This document shows, piece after piece, positions 1 to 9,723 of a DNA stretch of 64,000 nucleotides. Under the pieces are notes generated by a model, which was not told the DNA's origin, made no database searches, and saw only the letters and a program-made list of their open reading frames with translations. Origin of the DNA: Pedobacter sp. (lineage in GTDB: Bacteria; Desulfobacterota; Desulfuromonadia; Desulfuromonadales; Syntrophotaleaceae); assembly GCA_050253415.1 (NCBI GenBank), contig JBFWJC010000002.1:192001-256000 (forward strand), given 5' to 3'. Numbering within the stretch: the first letter of the stretch is position 1; each line of letters starts with the position of its first letter. The position numbers and the translations under genes are program-made.

Positions 1-1128
1 GCGATCAAGACTCTGTCGGCCTATGGTGTCGACTATGCCACGGTCATGAAGACCGTTGGCGATACAGCGGCCAGTATGGGCAAGCCTCTGCAACAGGCGG
101 TTGAAGCCCTGGCCGATGCCCTGCAAGGGGAGGGCGAGCGCCTCAAGGAATTCGGCATCAAGCAATCGGTGGCCGGTGACCAGATCACCTACACCTGGGT
201 CGATGCCATGGGCAAGGTGCGTAACACTGTCGCCAAAAACAGCCCCGAGATTATCCAGCAAACCCTGCTCGCCATTTGGAATGAGAAGTACAAAGGCGGC
301 ATGGACAAGTTCGCCTCCACCTGGCAGGGCGTGACATCCACAGCCAAAAGCCTGTGGGATGATTTCAAACTCGCCGTGATGAACAGCGGCGCGTTTGAGC
401 TGATGAAGAAGAGCCTGCAAGTCATCATCGACAAGCTCAACGAGGCCAAAAAAACCGGAGATTTTCAAGCCTGGGCCGAGCGCATCGGGCAGGCGATTTT
501 TAACATCGGCAAAACGTTGATCACGTTCATTCCTCAAGCTCTGATCCTTATCCTCGATGTCGTTGCCAAGATTTCCATGGGCATACGCGGATGGCAGATG
601 CTTATCGGAGAGGCCAAGATCGCAGGACTCGGGTTCGCGGCATTTATGCAAGGCGTCATTCGCGATATCGCCAAGGTCGCTGCCGTTACGCTCGACAAAA
701 TGAATATATGGGGGCTGTACGACAACAACGTGCGCGACCTTGTCAACTTGGCACAGAGTCAATCGCAGGTCGTCAGGCAACTCAATGCCGATAAAGAAGC
801 CGCCATCCGAAAACAACAGCAAACCATCGCCGGATACACCAAGGAACAAAAGGAAATAGAGGGGTATAAAACCAAGGTCGCTGAGATGCAGGGCGCGTTT
901 GACGGGTTTGTGTCCACGATATCCGCCGTGGTCGAAGAGCAAAAAAAGATCGGCCCGGCCGCCGCCGAAGGCATGGGGCAGGCCACCGACGAAGCCGGCC
1001 GCTTTCTGGCCGTACTGAGGCAAATCAAAGCCACTCAAGCGGGGATCACCGATTTTCGCGGCAGTAATCTTGGAGGCAATCTATCCTCCCTTGAGGCCCA
1101 GCTAAAAACTGCGGAGCGCACTGAATGA
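1..1128 (+). CDS. Phage tail tape measure protein, C-terminal part (5' truncated by window)
   Basis: Frame is open from base 1; 'GDTAASMGKPLQQAVEALADALQGEGERLKEFGI' and 'KYKGGMDKFASTWQGVTS' are typical tape-measure segments; helical, Ala-rich. Confidence 0.85.
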   Translation, partial: AIKTLSAYGVDYATVMKTVGDTAASMGKPLQQAVEALADALQGEGERLKEFGIKQSVAGDQITYTWVDAMGKVRNTVAKNSPEIIQQTLLAIWNEKYKGGMDKFASTWQGVTSTAKSLWDDFKLAVMNSGAFELMKKSLQVIIDKLNEAKKTGDFQAWAERIGQAIFNIGKTLITFIPQALILILDVVAKISMGIRGWQMLIGEAKIAGLGFAAFMQGVIRDIAKVAAVTLDKMNIWGLYDNNVRDLVNLAQSQSQVVRQLNADKEAAIRKQQQTIAGYTKEQKEIEGYKTKVAEMQGAFDGFVSTISAVVEEQKKIGPAAAEGMGQATDEAGRFLAVLRQIKATQAGITDFRGSNLGGNLSSLEAQLKTAERTE

Positions 1129-3569
1129 TCCCCGTCGATTTTTTCGTCCATATCGAAGACGCTACCCTGCAGTGGCAGGACGTCACCGAGCAGCTGCGCA
1201 GTCTGACAGACGGCACCAGCGGAGAGGCCGATATCATCCCTACGGTGACCCTGACCTTTGCCGCCGATATAGACGGGTCGTTACTTACCCTGCTAAACCC
1301 GGAGATAAATAAAGACCGGGCGCGGATCCGCATCACTGACGGCGATCTGGTCACCGATTATCTTATGGAGGGAAAGTCTGGCAAGGCAGAGAATGGTCTT
1401 GACTACCCCACAGTCACCGGCCGCGCCTATGCCGGAGTGCTCGACAACTGGCGGCCGCTCTCCTGGGATTGGCCGTCCGACACGCTGTGCAGCGCCATGG
1501 CCGCGCAGGTCGCCCATCAGGATATGGCCAACCAGGGCGGCGCCACCGTCGGCGTGATCTGGCAGGCAACCCTTGACCCGACTATCCCCGGCGGGCGCTA
1601 CTCGGTCAGCAAAAAACGCCGCCGCGACATCATTGCCGAGATCGCCGAAGCCTGCGCCGCGTGCGTGCGCACCTCCGCCGACGGCCGCAATCTCGAGGTT
1701 TACGACCGCCCGAGCCGCGCCTTGACCGAAACCGCCGCCCGCAACTACGCCAATGCCCTGAGCCTGTCGTACCAGTTCGACCGTGTAGACGAGCCGGCCA
1801 ACGCTGTGCGCGTGCAGGGCGAAGTGCTCGACTATACCCGCCCGACCCTGCCGGTGGTCAAGGTCACCCTGGTGCCCGGCGCCATCGAAGCCGACGGCGA
1901 GGACACCGCCTCGGCCGTGGCGCGCGTCTATGACAGCGCCGGTCAGCCGGTGCAGCACGAAGCCGTGGTCGACGAAGCCATCACCGCCGGCAGCTATACC
2001 AGCATCCCCGTGTCCGGCTGTTTTTCCGTGCAGGGCGTATGGCTCAACACCGGCACGCAAGAGGCCCCCGTCAAGGGCGCCAAGGTGCCGCCGACCGGTT
2101 TTGACGCCAGCAGCATCACTGTGCCCGACAACGGCACCCAGCTGTTTATCGTCAGCTACACCCGCGCCGAATCGGTCAGCTGGTCAAGCGCCGACGTGCA
2201 AAAGCAGATCGACGGCGAGGGCCACACCACCAGCGGTACCCTGACGGTCTCCACCAGCAACGCCATAGGCAACGTGCGCGGCGTCTACCGCGCCAGCGAC
2301 GCCAACCGCACCGGCACCAACTACTACACCGGCGGCAGCGCCGCCGCAGGCGGCACCGCCATCACCCTCGGCATCTCCCCGGGCGCTGCAGGCACCGCCG
2401 TGATCATCGATTACGACCAGTACGAGGCCACCCCCTCGGTTAATATCAGCCCGTCCTCAAGCCTGTGCGACGCCGAGGGCAAAGCCACCACCACCATCGG
2501 CGCGGGTACCAGCGTCGGCACCGTTTCCATTGTCGCCAGCGCCCTGGGCCAGAGCGGCAGCGCCAAGCTAAGCCTGACCGGCGACGCCGTCGGCTCCCTC
2601 AGCGTCACCGCCGACCCGCAGACCATCCGCGCCCAGCAAAGCACCACCGCCGTCACGACCTTCACCGCCGAGGCCTGCCAGACCGCCGCCGACGATGACG
2701 GGGGCATATACGTCGCCGTCGACAACCTGGTCACCTACTGCGGCCAGGTGCTGCTCAGCGGCTACGGCAACGCCCCGGTGCTGCGCTGGACCAACAACGC
2801 CGCAACCGACGATTACCGCATCTACCTCATGACCAGCGCCCCGGCCGGTGTCAACGCCACGGCCGATTACACCGGTCGCGAGGTCATCGACGAAGCCGAC
2901 CAGACCAGCACCATCACCGCCAACGTGTTGACCAGCGCAGGCGCCGCGGTCAGCGACGGCACCGAAGTCAAGTTCGCCCTGTCCGGAGCAGCGGGCGGTT
3001 CAACCCTCAGCGCCCAGCAGCAGACCACCAGCGACGGCCAGGCCAGCGTCACCCTGACCGCCGGCAGCGTCGCGCAGTTTAACGTCGTGGTCACCGTAGG
3101 CCCCTACAGCGCCCGGGTACAGATCACCGTCACCGATCAACCGCTGGCCGCCGAGCAGACCAGCAGCACCGCCACTGGCACGACATCCAGCGGATACAGC
3201 GACACGGCGACCGGTGATGCGGAAACCGAAGAAGAAACATCTCTCGAAGATGGCGAATACAAACGTGCCGACGGTCGAGTTTGTCATCTGGTGCTCAAGG
3301 ATTGGGAAGACGCCAGCGGGAATATACGGGGCCGTCGTTTAGCAAAGGGCTGCGATGGGGTGTTGCCTTTTGCTAAAATCATTATCGACGGAGTGGTTGA
3401 GGTGACCACCGACGCCGAGGGTTACTTTTATTTTTCTGTGGCTGCGGCCGGATCACACACAGCCACGTATAACAACATAGAGAAAACCTTTTCCGTCGCC
3501 TCCGGTGGCGATATGCGCTGGACGCCTGGATCCTCTGATCGCTGGTATGAGGTTTGTCGCGATGAGTGA
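1125..3569 (+). CDS. Phage tail-tip/hub protein with Big-1 (invasin-like) Ig domains, 814 aa
   Basis: ATGA overlap with tape measure; hub-like N-terminus ('RDIIAEIAEAC..VRTSADGRNLEV..NAVRVQG'); Thr/Gly/Ala beta-rich segments such as 'ADGEDTASAVARVYDSAGQPV' and 'DGTEVKF..TTSDGQASVTLTA'. Confidence 0.65.
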   Translation: MIPVDFFVHIEDATLQWQDVTEQLRSLTDGTSGEADIIPTVTLTFAADIDGSLLTLLNPEINKDRARIRITDGDLVTDYLMEGKSGKAENGLDYPTVTGRAYAGVLDNWRPLSWDWPSDTLCSAMAAQVAHQDMANQGGATVGVIWQATLDPTIPGGRYSVSKKRRRDIIAEIAEACAACVRTSADGRNLEVYDRPSRALTETAARNYANALSLSYQFDRVDEPANAVRVQGEVLDYTRPTLPVVKVTLVPGAIEADGEDTASAVARVYDSAGQPVQHEAVVDEAITAGSYTSIPVSGCFSVQGVWLNTGTQEAPVKGAKVPPTGFDASSITVPDNGTQLFIVSYTRAESVSWSSADVQKQIDGEGHTTSGTLTVSTSNAIGNVRGVYRASDANRTGTNYYTGGSAAAGGTAITLGISPGAAGTAVIIDYDQYEATPSVNISPSSSLCDAEGKATTTIGAGTSVGTVSIVASALGQSGSAKLSLTGDAVGSLSVTADPQTIRAQQSTTAVTTFTAEACQTAADDDGGIYVAVDNLVTYCGQVLLSGYGNAPVLRWTNNAATDDYRIYLMTSAPAGVNATADYTGREVIDEADQTSTITANVLTSAGAAVSDGTEVKFALSGAAGGSTLSAQQQTTSDGQASVTLTAGSVAQFNVVVTVGPYSARVQITVTDQPLAAEQTSSTATGTTSSGYSDTATGDAETEEETSLEDGEYKRADGRVCHLVLKDWEDASGNIRGRRLAKGCDGVLPFAKIIIDGVVEVTTDAEGYFYFSVAAAGSHTATYNNIEKTFSVASGGDMRWTPGSSDRWYEVCRDE

Positions 3570-4227
3570 TATCCCTGACCAGACAACCTTTTGCGATCCC
3601 GCCGAAGATGCGGAAAAAGTCGGAGAAATCCTGTTTTGCGATACGGCAGAAGATGCAAAAAAAGTTGGCGAACTGCGCTTTTGCGACAAGGATGAACAGG
3701 GCCAAACAGATTTACCAGGGGAATGCCAGGGGCTCGATGAACTGGAAATTGCAGGCTCGGAAACCCCCGGAGTTGGAACCATATACGGGGCATCGGGTGG
3801 ATTGCGCCCATACAGCTGGAGCATCAGCGCCGGGGTGATCGACGGAGGCGGCCGCGTCAACAGCCTCTCGGGCGCATGCGGAGCCGGATCGGTCACCGTC
3901 ACGGACGCATGCGGAAACACCGCAACTATGGATGTCCGGTTTCCCGACGGACAATGGGTGCTGAAAGAGTCGTGGACCAACCCATGTTACTGGTGGGCCG
4001 ATGAAAAATACCTACATACCGAGGAGGTTATATCCGGTCACTCAAAGCATCACATCAATTTTTCGCACAAGGGAGTCGGGATGGATTGCGCAGCATGCGA
4101 GTGTATCGCCGGCTGGTGCTGCGATAGTAGCACGACATTTTTTGATTATTTCGGAATTCCCGGTGACGGCACCGAGGTGAGCATCTACCCGTCACTGGCC
4201 TCTATTTACGCGTGGGAATGCCCATGA
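3562..4227 (+). CDS. Cys-rich phage hypothetical protein with N-terminal 15-aa tandem repeat
   Basis: ATG at 3562 overlaps the previous stop; repeat FCDxAEDAxKVGE; Ig-like 'GASGGLRPYSWS..GSVTVTDACG'. Confidence 0.7.
   Translation: MSDIPDQTTFCDPAEDAEKVGEILFCDTAEDAKKVGELRFCDKDEQGQTDLPGECQGLDELEIAGSETPGVGTIYGASGGLRPYSWSISAGVIDGGGRVNSLSGACGAGSVTVTDACGNTATMDVRFPDGQWVLKESWTNPCYWWADEKYLHTEEVISGHSKHHINFSHKGVGMDCAACECIAGWCCDSSTTFFDYFGIPGDGTEVSIYPSLASIYAWECP
3589..3687 (+). repeat. 45-bp in-frame tandem repeat (about 2.2 copies)
   Basis: ttttgcgatcccgccgaagatgcggaaaaagtcggagaa.. / ttttgcgatacggcagaagatgcaaaaaaagttggcgaa.. / ttttgcgac. Confidence 0.85.
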
Positions 4228-4751
4228 AAATTATAGCGGAGCGCATCGTTGACGGAGAGACAGCCGAGCAGATCGGCATCGATAAAAATTCGTACGGAAG
4301 CCGTCGCGAAACCATCGACCGCTATCTGGCGACGACATCTGGACTATTTGACCGGGAAGGATACCTCGAGTGGTTAAGATCCGACCCGGCAGGATCCGTC
4401 GGGGCAAGCCGCATCGTTAAGGCAAGACAGGGTGAGGTCCGGCATGCCACACGGAGACGTACCGGGTCTGGGTGCGGATGCGGCCGGAGTATGCCGCCAG
4501 GGTTGGTGCAGCGTGTCGGCAGTCTGATGACAACCCTCGGCAGGTGGGCGGTTGCAGGTTTTAGCTGCATGCCAAAAAAGGCATACCACGAACGGCTGAA
4601 AATCTGCGCGGCCTGCGAGGAATACACCTGGGCGAAAACATGCAGCGTTTGCGGATGCTTCATGCCGGCAAAAGCCAAACTCGCATCGATCGACTGTCCA
4701 AAACTTAAATGGCACGGCCCGCCGACAGAAGCAACCATCGCGGAGGTTTAA
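4224..4751 (+). CDS. Phage protein with C-terminal Cys cluster (DUF6171-like)
   Basis: 'RLKICAAC..CSVCGCFMPAKAKL..CP..KW'; ATGA overlap with upstream gene. Confidence 0.7.
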   Translation: MKIIAERIVDGETAEQIGIDKNSYGSRRETIDRYLATTSGLFDREGYLEWLRSDPAGSVGASRIVKARQGEVRHATRRRTGSGCGCGRSMPPGLVQRVGSLMTTLGRWAVAGFSCMPKKAYHERLKICAACEEYTWAKTCSVCGCFMPAKAKLASIDCPKLKWHGPPTEATIAEV

Positions 4752-4754
4752 CGA

Positions 4755-6971
4755 ATGGGCACTATCCTCGATTTACAGAGCGAGACAATCAAAGGGTTTG
4801 CATGCAGGCCTGACATTGGCCGCCTTTATGTTTTTAGCGCCAACGGCCTCGACGTCTACCGGACCAGCGACATGCAGCGCGTCGCCTGGGCCGGAATTAA
4901 TAACGTCACCTGCGGGACTGTCAACGATGCAGGCATCTACGTCGGCACAGATGACGCAGGTATGTATCATCTTCCGCTTACGATTAAAGACTGCGCCAAT
5001 GCCGATATGACGCCGATGTTTTGGCCAGGTGCGGCAGTAGTGTTGACAAGCTACAACATTTTGGCCATATCAGGCTGCGGATCCGCTCTGGCGATCGTCA
5101 CCGATTCGGAGTTTAAATATTTGCCGACCATAGGCTCGGCATACACGTACGCCGGATCACAAACTCCGGAATTATGCGCGATTAACGGTAACTATCTGGC
5201 ATGGGCGGATGCCAACACGATAAGCCTATCCGTCCTGCCAACAGCTGACTGGAGCGCTGCTGCGACCTCCATCACCGATGTAGCCAACCACCTGACATTT
5301 GAGGCAGGCACCGACAACTTGCTGATCAGCCACACGGAGGGGTTGATGGTCCTCGACTGCACCAACCCTGGCGGCTCCGTTGCGCCAACAACAGGCATGA
5401 TTAGCCACTACTCTATGGACAACATCACGGGGTCCACGTTAACCGACGACGCTGGCACACAGGATGGGACAATAACCGGAGCGACGCAGGTTGCCGGTCA
5501 CATCGGTCAGGCGTTGCAGTTTGCCGGCGGCGGTGACCACGTATCTGTCGCGCAAAACAGTGCCCACGAATTCGGCAGCGCGACAGATTTTAGTTATGCC
5601 TTGTGGTTTAAAACAAGCCAGTCTACCAGGGGTGACATCCTTGAAAACGGCTACAACGGAAATACCGGTAAATGGTCCGGTCTGTACGTGTATAACGGTA
5701 TTTTTGCCGGGTGTATTGACGACGGGACAAGCGCGGTCTTTGCTTCCGGGGCCACCAACGCCTGGACGATAAACGACGACGAATGGCACCTCGGGGTCGT
5801 GAACTTCGACCGCGACGGGAATCTGCAGCGATATATCGACGCCGAGGCTTATGGCGATCCATACGATATTAGTTCGGTTGGGGACATAACAAACACTGAA
5901 TACGGGATGCTGATCGGCATGAGGACAGGCACAACAGACTATTTCGTCGGGCAGATGGACGAAATCCGGATTTACAGTGGATTGTTGACCGTCGAAGAAA
6001 TCCAAGACATGTACCTCGAGGGTGTCGGCGGAGGCATCGAGTACGCGGCATCCCTCGGCACCGTCACAAATTGCCAGGCGGCATGGAAAGAAGGAGAGTA
6101 CATTGCGTACGGTACAAGCAATGGCGCCGATGGCGGCCGTTTTGGGCTTTTGCTGCTCGATAATGATCTCGTCGCCACCAGCAAGACGACCATCGCCGAT
6201 ACCGATACCGATGCTGTATGGTTATCTGCAGGGGCAACCGATGCCATCCACAATAACACCCTGGAACGATATAGGTTGGTGGCGGAGGTAAGCCCCGGAG
6301 CCAACGCCATAAACGTGCGGCGCGATTGGGCGTTATACGCGGAGATCACCGACAGCCTCGGCGGGATCCAGTCCGGCACGGTTGTGCTTACGATCAATGG
6401 CCAGACCGTCAGCCCGACGGTCAGCGCCATCACCGACGGCTACGCGGCAGCCTATACCCCGGGCAGCAGCAGCGGCTACGCACAGCGCATCACCGTCAAG
6501 CTCTCCGGCACCGATGCCGACGGCAACACCGTCAGCAAAACATGGTCATTTGTGACCGCCGCCGCGCCGACAGCCACAGCCACCGACACCACTCCTCCCA
6601 ACGTGGTCTGCAAGCGAAACATCGGCCTTGAAGACTCCGAGGCCGATGAACAGGTTGACGGCGTCAACGTCATCTGGCTCGACGACATCACCGGCCCGCT
6701 GATCGTCACCGACGCCCAGGCCGCCGCCGTCGGCACCGTCGCCATCGATGGCGTCACCTACCACCGCCACCGGCGCAGCGTACGTGTCGACCCGACCGAT
6801 GCAGGCGGCCTGCGGACTCGCGACCTGCAACAGGGGCAGGTCATCACCGTGACCTGCCCAGCCATCGGCATGACCGCGCAAAAATGCGAAGTGCTGGCGA
6901 TCCAGCGCAACCTCGACGAAACCGGCGAAATCACCTTCGATCTGCAGATCGCCTACTACGAAGCGGTGTAA
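4755..6971 (+). CDS. Phage tail protein with LamG/concanavalin-like domain and hub-like C-terminus, 738 aa
   Basis: LamG signature 'GHIGQALQF..FSYALWFKT..INDDEWH..YFVGQMDEIRIYSGLLTVEEI'. Confidence 0.75.
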   Translation: MGTILDLQSETIKGFACRPDIGRLYVFSANGLDVYRTSDMQRVAWAGINNVTCGTVNDAGIYVGTDDAGMYHLPLTIKDCANADMTPMFWPGAAVVLTSYNILAISGCGSALAIVTDSEFKYLPTIGSAYTYAGSQTPELCAINGNYLAWADANTISLSVLPTADWSAAATSITDVANHLTFEAGTDNLLISHTEGLMVLDCTNPGGSVAPTTGMISHYSMDNITGSTLTDDAGTQDGTITGATQVAGHIGQALQFAGGGDHVSVAQNSAHEFGSATDFSYALWFKTSQSTRGDILENGYNGNTGKWSGLYVYNGIFAGCIDDGTSAVFASGATNAWTINDDEWHLGVVNFDRDGNLQRYIDAEAYGDPYDISSVGDITNTEYGMLIGMRTGTTDYFVGQMDEIRIYSGLLTVEEIQDMYLEGVGGGIEYAASLGTVTNCQAAWKEGEYIAYGTSNGADGGRFGLLLLDNDLVATSKTTIADTDTDAVWLSAGATDAIHNNTLERYRLVAEVSPGANAINVRRDWALYAEITDSLGGIQSGTVVLTINGQTVSPTVSAITDGYAAAYTPGSSSGYAQRITVKLSGTDADGNTVSKTWSFVTAAAPTATATDTTPPNVVCKRNIGLEDSEADEQVDGVNVIWLDDITGPLIVTDAQAAAVGTVAIDGVTYHRHRRSVRVDPTDAGGLRTRDLQQGQVITVTCPAIGMTAQKCEVLAIQRNLDETGEITFDLQIAYYEAV

Positions 6972-6974
6972 CCC

Positions 6975-7232
6975 ATGAGTCTAAAAAAACTACGCCAGCG
7001 CCTCACCATCGACCAGACCAACATCCTCACCGGCACGGTCATCAGCAACGGCACCAACACCGTGCGCGTCCGCACCAACAAGGGCGAGATCCGTGAGGCC
7101 CTCAAACCCGACAGCACCGCCACCTACGCCGCCGGCACCCGCCTCGAGCTACGCACCGACGGCCGCAGCCTGCAGGTCACCGGAGAAGCCCCGCTGTCCG
7201 ATCTGGACGGCGAAATCATCTATACGGTTTAA
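6975..7232 (+). CDS. Small phage tail-tip protein, possibly OB-fold
   Basis: 85 aa; 'TGTVIS..TVRV..YAAGTRLEL' pattern; operonic position. Confidence 0.55.
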   Translation: MSLKKLRQRLTIDQTNILTGTVISNGTNTVRVRTNKGEIREALKPDSTATYAAGTRLELRTDGRSLQVTGEAPLSDLDGEIIYTV

Positions 7233-7257
7233 CCCTACACCATAAAGGAGGCATACC

Positions 7258-7617
7258 ATGGCCCTGCAACTCAGAGAAGAAACCCCCGTCGGCGCCGGCG
7301 GACCGTTCCCAGGAACCGTCCTGCTCCACAAAGACACCACACCCCTCGCCGTCAACGAAACCCGCACCGCAGAAATTGAGATAAGCCATTGCAGCAAACT
7401 CGGAGGCAGCCTCTACGCCGACCAGGCCTGCACCCTCAACCTCTATTACGGGCAGGACGCCGTCAACTACGGCCCGGCCGAGTCTCAGTCCGTCTCTGCC
7501 GGGCAAACCATCGAATGGGACGCCGATCCGGTTTACAACCGCGCCCTCAAAATCGAGATCGTCAACGGAGCTACCGAGATGACAGCCTTCCGCAACCATA
7601 TCCGCGGGAGGGCATGA
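7258..7617 (+). CDS. Phage hypothetical protein
   Basis: Strong RBS (aaggagg), GC3-rich codons, 119 aa. Confidence 0.75.
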   Translation: MALQLREETPVGAGGPFPGTVLLHKDTTPLAVNETRTAEIEISHCSKLGGSLYADQACTLNLYYGQDAVNYGPAESQSVSAGQTIEWDADPVYNRALKIEIVNGATEMTAFRNHIRGRA

Positions 7618-7618
7618 T

Positions 7619-9280
7619 ATGCCCTCTTTAGTCGATATGACCCCGCAGCGTGTCGACCTCGTCACGCTGCGGCAACACCTCGGTCCACCGCGATCCGACC
7701 TTAGCCCGGCCGCCGTCGTCCGCCCGTTTTTTAACGGCATGAACCTTGGCGGCTACACCTACACTGGCGGCCCTGTGGCCGTTGCAGATGCCGACGGTGT
7801 GTTGCGGTCAGGCTATCTCGATGTGCCATCAATCGAGGGCGGGCGCTATGCCACCACGGTAGCAGAAGGGGCGGCGTTGGGGAGTGAGTTGGTTACTGCT
7901 CTTGATTTCAATAACGGGTGGGCAGTAGCCGCTGCTACAATCACGTCTTCTACGTCATTTTCAACAGAAGGTGTTGGCGGGTTATTTAAGGCTTTTGTCG
8001 TAAGCGGTAAAAAATATTCTGTGAGTTTGTCTGGCACTTGTTCCGCTACGTTTAAGTTGGTGAATGGTGGTAGCGGTAGTGATCCAACCATTTTAACTGG
8101 TTTTGGATCAGCAACCTTCACTGCTTCCGGTGCAAATCCTACTCTTATTTATCTCAGACTAGACGGCGCTGGGATCATGTCAGATGTATCGTTATCCGTC
8201 CGCGAAGTCATCCCCCAATGGCTCGACACCGACACCGAAGGCGCGGACCTCTACGCCTCCACACTTGTGCGCGGGCAGAAACTTTACACCGACGCCGACC
8301 ACACGGAGTTTCCACGTATAGACCTATGGGGTGCGAGTACGAACAAATGTACCTGTAGGAAGGCGAACCCTACGGATACAAGCAATATTGGAACCGGAGG
8401 CGATGCTGCTGCGGTGCTATCTGTAGTTGATGACTCTGACGCTCTCGCTGCAGCAGGGCTGGATAAGATATGCACCAGTGGCAAGGTGTATAAGCTGGAT
8501 AACAGTGCAGGCATCAGTTCTGCATGGGTATTGCTTGGTGCAGTTACTACAGCGCCGCACAGTGGCTCCGCTTATATTCGCAGCACAGGCGGGAACATTA
8601 CTATCTATGTGACATCTACGCCCCATGCAAGTCCGACATATATTCGGCGGACAGTAACCGCTGCCGGCACAGCAACACAAATGACTATATCAGCCGTTGC
8701 AGGCGCAGTCGTCTATTTCATCCTCCCACAACTTGAAGAGTCGCCTTACTGCACTCCGCCCATCTACAAAGCCACCGATGGCACCGACCCTCTCACCTCT
8801 TTGACCCGCCCGAATACCAAACTGGTGGGACAATCGGCAGGGGTGATACGGGGGAACAATCTGGCATTGATGGGGCAGGTGATACCGGGGGCGAGTGGAA
8901 CTGCTGGATACTTCGTTAGTTTTGATGCCGCAACAACAACGGGTGTTTTTTCTACGGGCACTCAAGTAAAGCTGTATAAAGATGGTATTAGCGCAACCGT
9001 CGCTATTCCAATAAGTAAAAACACCCCCATGCAATATCAAGCCTATCTGTCCAGCACCTACGGCATGGGTATCCGTGTCCGTTACGATCTCGGCTTGGCG
9101 TGGAGTGCATGGATGGCATGGGCGACCAACGCCGACACGCAGGACGCCCCGATAGCCAGCACCTTTGAGATCGGCAGCCGCGCAGATGGCAACCGCTTTA
9201 ACGGCAACTATCAGATGTTCCTGCCGTACTTCACCGCCGACCCGAAAACGTACCTTGAGAATTTGGAGATCGCCGCATGA
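7619..9280 (+). CDS. Putative phage tail fibre/receptor-binding or decoration protein, 553 aa
   Basis: Beta-rich carbohydrate-binding-like segments ('GSELVT..VSGKKYSVS..VSLSVREV', 'PQLEES..P..TR'); position at end of tail module. Confidence 0.55.
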   Translation: MPSLVDMTPQRVDLVTLRQHLGPPRSDLSPAAVVRPFFNGMNLGGYTYTGGPVAVADADGVLRSGYLDVPSIEGGRYATTVAEGAALGSELVTALDFNNGWAVAAATITSSTSFSTEGVGGLFKAFVVSGKKYSVSLSGTCSATFKLVNGGSGSDPTILTGFGSATFTASGANPTLIYLRLDGAGIMSDVSLSVREVIPQWLDTDTEGADLYASTLVRGQKLYTDADHTEFPRIDLWGASTNKCTCRKANPTDTSNIGTGGDAAAVLSVVDDSDALAAAGLDKICTSGKVYKLDNSAGISSAWVLLGAVTTAPHSGSAYIRSTGGNITIYVTSTPHASPTYIRRTVTAAGTATQMTISAVAGAVVYFILPQLEESPYCTPPIYKATDGTDPLTSLTRPNTKLVGQSAGVIRGNNLALMGQVIPGASGTAGYFVSFDAATTTGVFSTGTQVKLYKDGISATVAIPISKNTPMQYQAYLSSTYGMGIRVRYDLGLAWSAWMAWATNADTQDAPIASTFEIGSRADGNRFNGNYQMFLPYFTADPKTYLENLEIAA

Positions 9281-9675
9281 TAACCATAATCGCGCAGATT
9301 AAGACGACGATTCAGGAAGCGGCACAGGAAGTCATGGACTTGTTCGGAGAGGGTGCTAGGCCGGACGCGGAGAAGATAGAAGACTTCTTTGCGCTGAACA
9401 ATTCCGTTCTTGGCGGCGGTTATATCCGCATCCGTGTTGCGCAGCACATCGCTATGGCGCTTGATTACCTGATGGGCGAAGGGATAACCGGGGAGCACAT
9501 CGCCTGTTTGCGGGTAGAATGGCACGGGCAGGACAGGGTAAAAAGTTCAGACCCCGAAACCGGCGAGACGATTTACGTTGAGGAATATTTCCAGACCGGA
9601 ACGCAGGATATTTTAGACGACGAAGGCAACGTGATTGCAACCGTGCCGGTATACCTTGGGAGGTTTGCCGGATGA
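9277..9675 (+). CDS. Phage hypothetical protein
   Basis: ATGA overlap with upstream gene; 132 aa. Confidence 0.7.
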   Translation: MITIIAQIKTTIQEAAQEVMDLFGEGARPDAEKIEDFFALNNSVLGGGYIRIRVAQHIAMALDYLMGEGITGEHIACLRVEWHGQDRVKSSDPETGETIYVEEYFQTGTQDILDDEGNVIATVPVYLGRFAG

Positions 9676-9695
9676 AAATAGTGCGAAAAAAAGTC

Positions 9696-9723
9696 TTGAC
9701 ATAAACGCTAACGTCAGTATAAT
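9696..9723 (+). promoter_or_regulatory. Consensus sigma70 promoter upstream of tRNA-Asn
   Basis: TTGACA (9696-9701), 16 bp, TATAAT (9718-9723); A-tract upstream and C-rich discriminator. Confidence 0.85.

Larger units (their letters stand above)
1..9675 (+). mobile_element. Prophage, distal tail module (continues beyond left edge)
   Basis: Co-oriented, tightly packed or overlapping genes starting with a tape measure C-terminus, then tail-tip-like Ig/LamG proteins; ends 154 bp before a tRNA. No integrase, capsid or lysis genes inside the window. Confidence 0.85.

Noticed and set aside
1125..9675. Diversity-generating retroelement or invertible tail-fibre shufflon
   Set aside because: No reverse transcriptase, TR/VR pair, invertase or inverted cassettes seen.
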